From Opitutia bacterium (lineage in GTDB: Bacteria > Verrucomicrobiota > Verrucomicrobiia > Opitutales > Opitutaceae), in the NCBI GenBank assembly GCA_947478395.1, contig CANJVR010000002.1, positions 800,001-864,000 of the forward strand: a stretch of 64,000 nt of DNA, written 5' to 3'. Position 1 is the stretch's first letter. Each line of letters opens with the position of its first letter. Made by a program: the position numbers and the translations under genes. Shown here piece after piece: positions 61,718 to 64,000 of the stretch. Below the pieces are notes generated by a model. That model searched no databases, was not told where the DNA came from, and saw only the letters and a program-made list of their open reading frames with translations.

Positions 61718-62761
61718 CTAGGCCAGGGCCAGCGCCGCACTCGGCTCTACCGTGAGTCCGAGCCCCGCCGCCCGATCCACGCTGGCTTCATCAGCCCACG
61801 CCGCGAATGCAATCATCCCGGCGTTATCTCCGGTGTGTTTTGGCTGCGCGGCGAAAAACGGGATTCTTGCCCGCGTCGCCTCGCCTTCGAGCGCGCTCCG
61901 CAGCACCCGGTTGTTCGCCACGCCGCCGGAAAGCCCGAGACTGCGAAATGCACCGTCATCCAGCCGCAAGGCCGCACGCGTCTTGAGCGCGAGCGCGTCC
62001 ACCACCGCCTGTTGATAGCTCGCGCAAAGATCGGGCAGCCGCACCCGTACTTCGTCTGGCGACATTTTTTCCAGCAGGTAACGCAGGCTGGTTTTCAAAC
62101 CCGAGAAACTGAAATCAAGTTCATCACGCCGGCCGATCCCACGGGGAAAATCAAAAGCGGAGGCCCGGCCGGCGACGGCCATTTTCTCGATCAGTGGCCC
62201 GCCGGGATATCCGAGCCCGAGCAGTTTCGCGCCTTTGTCCAGCGCCTCGCCCGCCGCGTCATCACGCGTCGAGGACAAGACCGTAATCCGCCGCTGCCGA
62301 TCAATCGCGAACAGCAGCGTGTTTCCTCCCGATACGATCAATCCGAGGTGCGGTAAAATCTCCGCCACCTTCGCGGCAAACACCGTTGGAGCTTCCTCAT
62401 GCAATCCGATGAAGGGGGACCAGGCGTGCGCCCGGAGATGATTCACCCCCGCGACCGGAACGCGCAGCGCCAGCGCCAGGGCTTTCGCCGTCGCGACCCC
62501 AATGGCGAGACAGGCGGCCAAGCCCGGTCCGTTTGTCACCGCGATCTGAGTTACGTCCCGGAAATTATTTTCGCGGCCCGCTCGATCCAACAACGGCCCA
62601 AAATGCCGCAGATGCTCGCGCGTCGCCAGGTCCGGCACCACGCCACCGTGTCGCTCGTGTAAAGCGATCTGGCTATGGATCCATTCGCCCACCAGCCCGC
62701 GCGCCGGATCAAATAACGCGACCGCGGTCTCATCACAGGAACTTTCTAAGCCGAGAATCAT
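61718..62761 (-). CDS. tsaD: tRNA N6-adenosine threonylcarbamoyltransferase
   Basis: ILGLESSCDET, GGVVPDLA, NHLRAH, VSGGNT, DDAAGEALDK, FSFSGLKT, DNAGMIA. Confidence 0.96.
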   Translation of the reverse strand: MILGLESSCDETAVALFDPARGLVGEWIHSQIALHERHGGVVPDLATREHLRHFGPLLDRAGRENNFRDVTQIAVTNGPGLAACLAIGVATAKALALALRVPVAGVNHLRAHAWSPFIGLHEEAPTVFAAKVAEILPHLGLIVSGGNTLLFAIDRQRRITVLSSTRDDAAGEALDKGAKLLGLGYPGGPLIEKMAVAGRASAFDFPRGIGRRDELDFSFSGLKTSLRYLLEKMSPDEVRVRLPDLCASYQQAVVDALALKTRAALRLDDGAFRSLGLSGGVANNRVLRSALEGEATRARIPFFAAQPKHTGDNAGMIAFAAWADEASVDRAAGLGLTVEPSAALALA

Positions 62762-62822
62762 GCGCCTACATTTACGCTTCCGCTCGTCTCTGCAGAATTA
62801 TCGTCGTCATCTCGCACGCGCA

Positions 62823-64000
62823 TCATCGGATCGGGCGACTGTTAGCCGCCCGCGCTTCCAGCAAATTCACCCCACGCAGCACGTCGATCGCGGCCTGGAG
62901 CTGTCTATCCTGCACCGGCTCAAAACCAAAGCGGTCTTTAAATTGTTTGGGGGCGGTTAGCTCCGACCTCGAACGCTGCAGGTCGAGTTTATTGTCCTCG
63001 TCGGCTGTCATCACCACCTCGACGTTTGGGCCGATACCCTTCTCGTGAATGCTCACCCCGCTCGGCGTGAAATAGCGCGCGGTCGTGAGCCGGAGGCCGT
63101 CACCGTTCTTGAGTTTGAAAATGGACTGGACCGATCCCTTGCCAAACGAGCGCTCGCCCACGACTACGGCCCGACCGGTATCTTTGAAAGCCCCCGTCAC
63201 CACCTCCGCCGCACTGGCGCTACCGCCGTTGATCAGCACCGCGATGGGCAGATCGAGCGGCGGGCCCTGAATTTCCGAGCGGTAGTCGTCACGATCTCCC
63301 GGTTTGCGGCCCTGCGTGTAGACGATCAGCTCGCCTTTCTTGAAAAAAATCTCCGCGACCTCCACCGCCGCGTCGAGCAAGCCGCCGGGATTGTTGCGCA
63401 GGTCGATGATCAGACTGTCGATCCCTTGCTGCAACAGGCCGTCGAGCGCGGCGCGAAATTGTTCGCCGGTATGCTCGGAAAATTCCGTGAGTTCGATATA
63501 GCCGACGCCATCCGCCACCCGATGGGGATCCCGCACGCTTGCGACTTTGATGAGCTCCCGCACGAGCATAACGTCGATATTTTTCTGCGTCGCGGGCCGG
63601 TAGAGTCCGATGGCCACCTTTGATTTGGGCGCGCCACGCAGGCGGCTCACGACGTCGTTCATGGCGGAGGCTTTCTCGACCGGCTTGCCGTCGATACTTT
63701 CAAATTCATCGCCGCGCAATATACCCGCGCGTTCGCTGGGCGATCCTGGCATCGGCGAAATCACGACCACTTTCTCGCCCCGGGTTTCCACCTGCACACC
63801 GATGCCGCCAAACTCGCCGCTGAGCTCTTCCTCGAAGTCGCGATTATCCTTCGCTTCCATAAACTCAGAGTGCGGATCGAGCGACTCCACCATGCCGTAG
63901 AGCGCCAGCTTCGCGAGTTCATCGTAATCGGCGGACTTCGGCTCGACGTAGTTTTCATGCACCAATTCCAGTACTTCGTGCACGCGGTTCGACGCTCGTT
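62823..64000 (-). CDS. S41 carboxyl-terminal processing protease (PDZ plus peptidase), 5' end outside the window
   Basis: LDPHS, PDZ FGGIGV, DLRNNPGGLL, SASAAE (Ser), SFGKGSVQ (Lys); the frame stays open to the window end. Confidence 0.93.
   Translation of the reverse strand, partial: RASNRVHEVLELVHENYVEPKSADYDELAKLALYGMVESLDPHSEFMEAKDNRDFEEELSGEFGGIGVQVETRGEKVVVISPMPGSPSERAGILRGDEFESIDGKPVEKASAMNDVVSRLRGAPKSKVAIGLYRPATQKNIDVMLVRELIKVASVRDPHRVADGVGYIELTEFSEHTGEQFRAALDGLLQQGIDSLIIDLRNNPGGLLDAAVEVAEIFFKKGELIVYTQGRKPGDRDDYRSEIQGPPLDLPIAVLINGGSASAAEVVTGAFKDTGRAVVVGERSFGKGSVQSIFKLKNGDGLRLTTARYFTPSGVSIHEKGIGPNVEVVMTADEDNKLDLQRSRSELTAPKQFKDRFGFEPVQDRQLQAAIDVLRGVNLLEARAANSRPIR

Overview
High-GC bacterial chromosomal window. 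Gene content and style (DUF1592-type cytochrome c lipoprotein, Opitutaceae-type LacI, C/T-rich leaders lacking Shine-Dalgarno motifs) suggest Verrucomicrobiota, probably Opitutaceae; this is an inference. 1-18.4 kb is a glucuronoxylan-utilisation region: CE1-like esterase, beta-propeller sensor kinase plus NarL regulator, LacI, xylA, GH3, GPH transporter, GH67, exported GalM, SDR and uxuA. Core genes follow: tRNA-Cys, parA, two ABC-2 permeases, rnc, mfd, a SurA-like PPIase, radC, an MdtABC/OMF RND operon, tRNA-Tyr, a serA-plsY-hom-lysC-[four-helix-bundle gene]-thrC-cimA cluster, a second RND pair, nemA, an HD hydrolase, a Tat-exported SOD, dgt, ogt, cdd, hisS, HU, ubiE/menG, erpA/iscA, an internally deleted Ser/Thr kinase, rpoN, tsaD and an S41 protease. 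No integrase, transposase, CRISPR array or rRNA was seen. The most striking structure is a four-helix-bundle (23S-IVP/Avd-like) gene lying between lysC and thrC and bracketed by two inverted heptamer arrays that could pair in the mRNA and loop the gene out. Further heptamer arrays occur at other gene junctions and in frame inside mfd, and a GTAG-type REP family is present.
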